48,831 bases of DNA from the NCBI RefSeq assembly GCF_001194135.2, contig NC_068991.1, positions 53,446,848 through 53,495,678 on the forward strand. Reading direction: 5' to 3'. The notes beneath the pieces were generated by a model. That model was not told the origin of the DNA and ran no database searches. It worked only from the letters and a program-made list of their open reading frames with translations. This DNA is from Octopus bimaculoides (taxonomy: Eukaryota). How positions within the stretch are numbered: the first letter of the stretch is position 1; every line of letters begins with the position of its first letter. Positions 46,801 through 48,831 of the stretch are shown here, piece after piece. Position numbers and translations under genes: made by a program.

Positions 46801-47678
46801 CATGGCATTTGGTGTATAACCGAGTCTGTCGAATTTCTTTTGGATTGTCTGCAATTTTCATAAACGATTAGCATCTAAATTCTCTATAAATAATTTAGTG
46901 ATACAGTTCATATGAAAAAGAATAGATAAGTTTGTGTTAGGGTATAGGACGATTAAAAATTAACTTGAAAAAACCCCAAAAAACTAACATCTAATCTTTT
47001 ATTTTCCCAGCAAATAATCTTTTCCCCTTCTGTATATTTATAGCTGTCAGAAACGTTAGCACGCCGGGCGAAATGCTTAGCGATATTTCTTCTGCCGCAG
47101 ACTCAAGCATGCCGCCCTCACAAAAGCGTCGCTCAGGACACCACCCCACTCCTTCTCCCCAACTATATGACTGACTAAACTCCTTACATTTCATTGCTTT
47201 GCATAGCGCCAAAATTGACCGATTTGGCCCAATTTCAGTGACATCGTGCTCTGGGGCCAGCAGAAGTAGTGGTGACTTGTGGGCTGCATTTACGTCATAA
47301 TTTTCGTCACTTGCAGTATCTTCAGATTTAGAAGCTCAGAGCTCGTTAAGATTTGAGTTTTTTTATACATAATATACATGGTTATTTCAACCACTCTCCG
47401 ATTATATAAAATAGCTGTAAAGATAAAACTTGATTACATCATGTAATTTGAATGTAGAACTTTTCATATAAATGTATTGGTTACACGTGTCATCATTTGT
47501 TTGCCTTTCTATTTCCATACAGGCTCTATTATGGTCGTTCTTATTGCCAACTTTCTACCTCTACAGTAAGTAAGCCTGATGGGAAAGTTCGATTCGATTT
47601 CTTTCTCTCTTAGCACTACTTAGTGAGACTATTTGTAGCATGATTACACTTTATAACCCATTCTTTACACACACACAC

Positions 47679-47711
<33 letters not shown>

Positions 47712-47824
47712 CACACATACACACACACATACACACACGCACGCACGCACACACATGTATGTATGCATGTATGTGCATGTGTGCATGCATGTATGTGTAA
47801 ACACATGCATTTGTGTGTGTATAC

Positions 47825-47856
<32 letters not shown>

Positions 47857-48099
47857 ATATATATGTATATATATGTATATATATATATATTTATGTCAGG
47901 TCGCTCTTATAAGTATTCCCGAGCGCTACTGGTAACATGTAATCCAGGACAACCTGTCTCATGGTCGGGTCGTCGCGCGACTAAACTGGCAACCCCACCA
48001 AGCTCGCTTGGTGAGGAGGATAATTGTTGGCATCCTGCGGGATGAAAAATAAGACTCGTCAAAAGGACGTAAGAACTACTGTGTAGTAACGTCCACCCA

Positions 48100-48470
48100 A
48101 CAATGTTTGTTTCTGTGTGTGTTTAAATTCTGTGTGCGCGTGTTGTGCTGTGCTGTGTGTGTGTGTATTTTTATATGCATTTCTTTTTGTATATGTATAT
48201 ATATATATATATATTTTTTATATATATATATTTTTTATATTTACTTTTTTTATATTTACTTTTTATATATTTTTATATTTACTTTTTATGTATCTTTATG
48301 TGTTTTTACACATCGTATTTATGTGTTTTTTACACATCGTTTTTATATATATTATATTTTATATTTTATATGTATCACCATTGCATTTACATTTCTCCTT
48401 TCATATCTACATCTTTTATATTGACTTTTCTATGTATTTTCTATGTATTCTTTAAAATTCTTTTTTTAAT
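48100..48470. repeat. AT-rich low-complexity tract
   Basis: (TG)n/(TA)n/T-run mosaic giving spurious ORFs. Confidence 0.9.
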
Positions 48471-48504
48471 ATGTGGGGTAGATGAGGCCCATTAGCCAAG
48501 TGAA

Positions 48505-48720
48505 GGCAACTCTTCTAGGAGAAGGACACTCCGACATAAAACCAGGTCCATGACTTCTGTGGGAGCAGACTGGGCTCTTTTTTTTTTATGAGGTCGTGGT
48601 TAGGACAACCAATATAGGAGAATAAAACTCCGAATTCAAATTGATCTACCAGTGCTGGCTTGCAGTCTCCTTTTGAGGAAAAGCCTAGGAGAGGATACTC
48701 TGATATAAAACCTGCAGTCA
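48505..48720 (+). mobile_element. RTE-type 5' UTR remnant with internally triplicated motif
   Basis: AGGAGA..ACTC(C/T)GA..AAA occurs three times. GGCAACT..CTAGGAGAAGG resembles RTE 5' UTRs (from memory). Confidence 0.4.
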
Positions 48721-48831
48721 ACTTAGTACTAGTCATCTTGCTCTCGCTTGTCACTGGATTATACTATTTTGACCTAGAGAGTGGCAAAGGTGTTGTACAA
48801 GCGTTTGTCACTAAAATCCAATGAAGTACAA

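Noticed and set aside
48107-48495. Hydrophobic 105-116 aa ORFs
   Set aside because: Translations of T/A-rich low-complexity sequence.

Overview
AT-rich, microsatellite-laden animal genomic DNA with five N gaps. The SINE families and (AT)/(CA)/(ATG) load look like an octopus (coleoid cephalopod) draft assembly; the species is inferred, not shown. The left half (1018-21424, +) carries ten coding exons of a GTPBP2 orthologue. All splice phases join into one open frame of 522 aa plus stop, and the 5' exon(s) lie upstream of the window. The introns and the gene-free right half are a layered transposon graveyard: three tRNA-headed SINE families, one RTE-tailed SINE, hAT, piggyBac and Merlin/MULE-like MITEs, non-autonomous Helitrons, and decayed Gypsy, RTE, Tx1/L1, R4/Dong, Penelope, Helitron and Chapaev3 coding fragments. 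The most unusual signals are: (1) an intact minimal Penelope-type hammerhead ribozyme core (27164-27209, -), downstream of a stop-free Penelope GIY-YIG ORF whose Cys linker is replaced by an Asn-rich tract; (2) two decayed hammerhead-like motifs inside inverted-repeat cassettes in a GTPBP2 intron; (3) a 658-bp foldback element with GGCAC termini and an 8-bp TSD; (4) inverted SINE pairs bracketing GTPBP2 exons. Repeat boundaries are approximate unless TSDs or TIRs are quoted. No database searches were run, so family names rest on remembered motifs.
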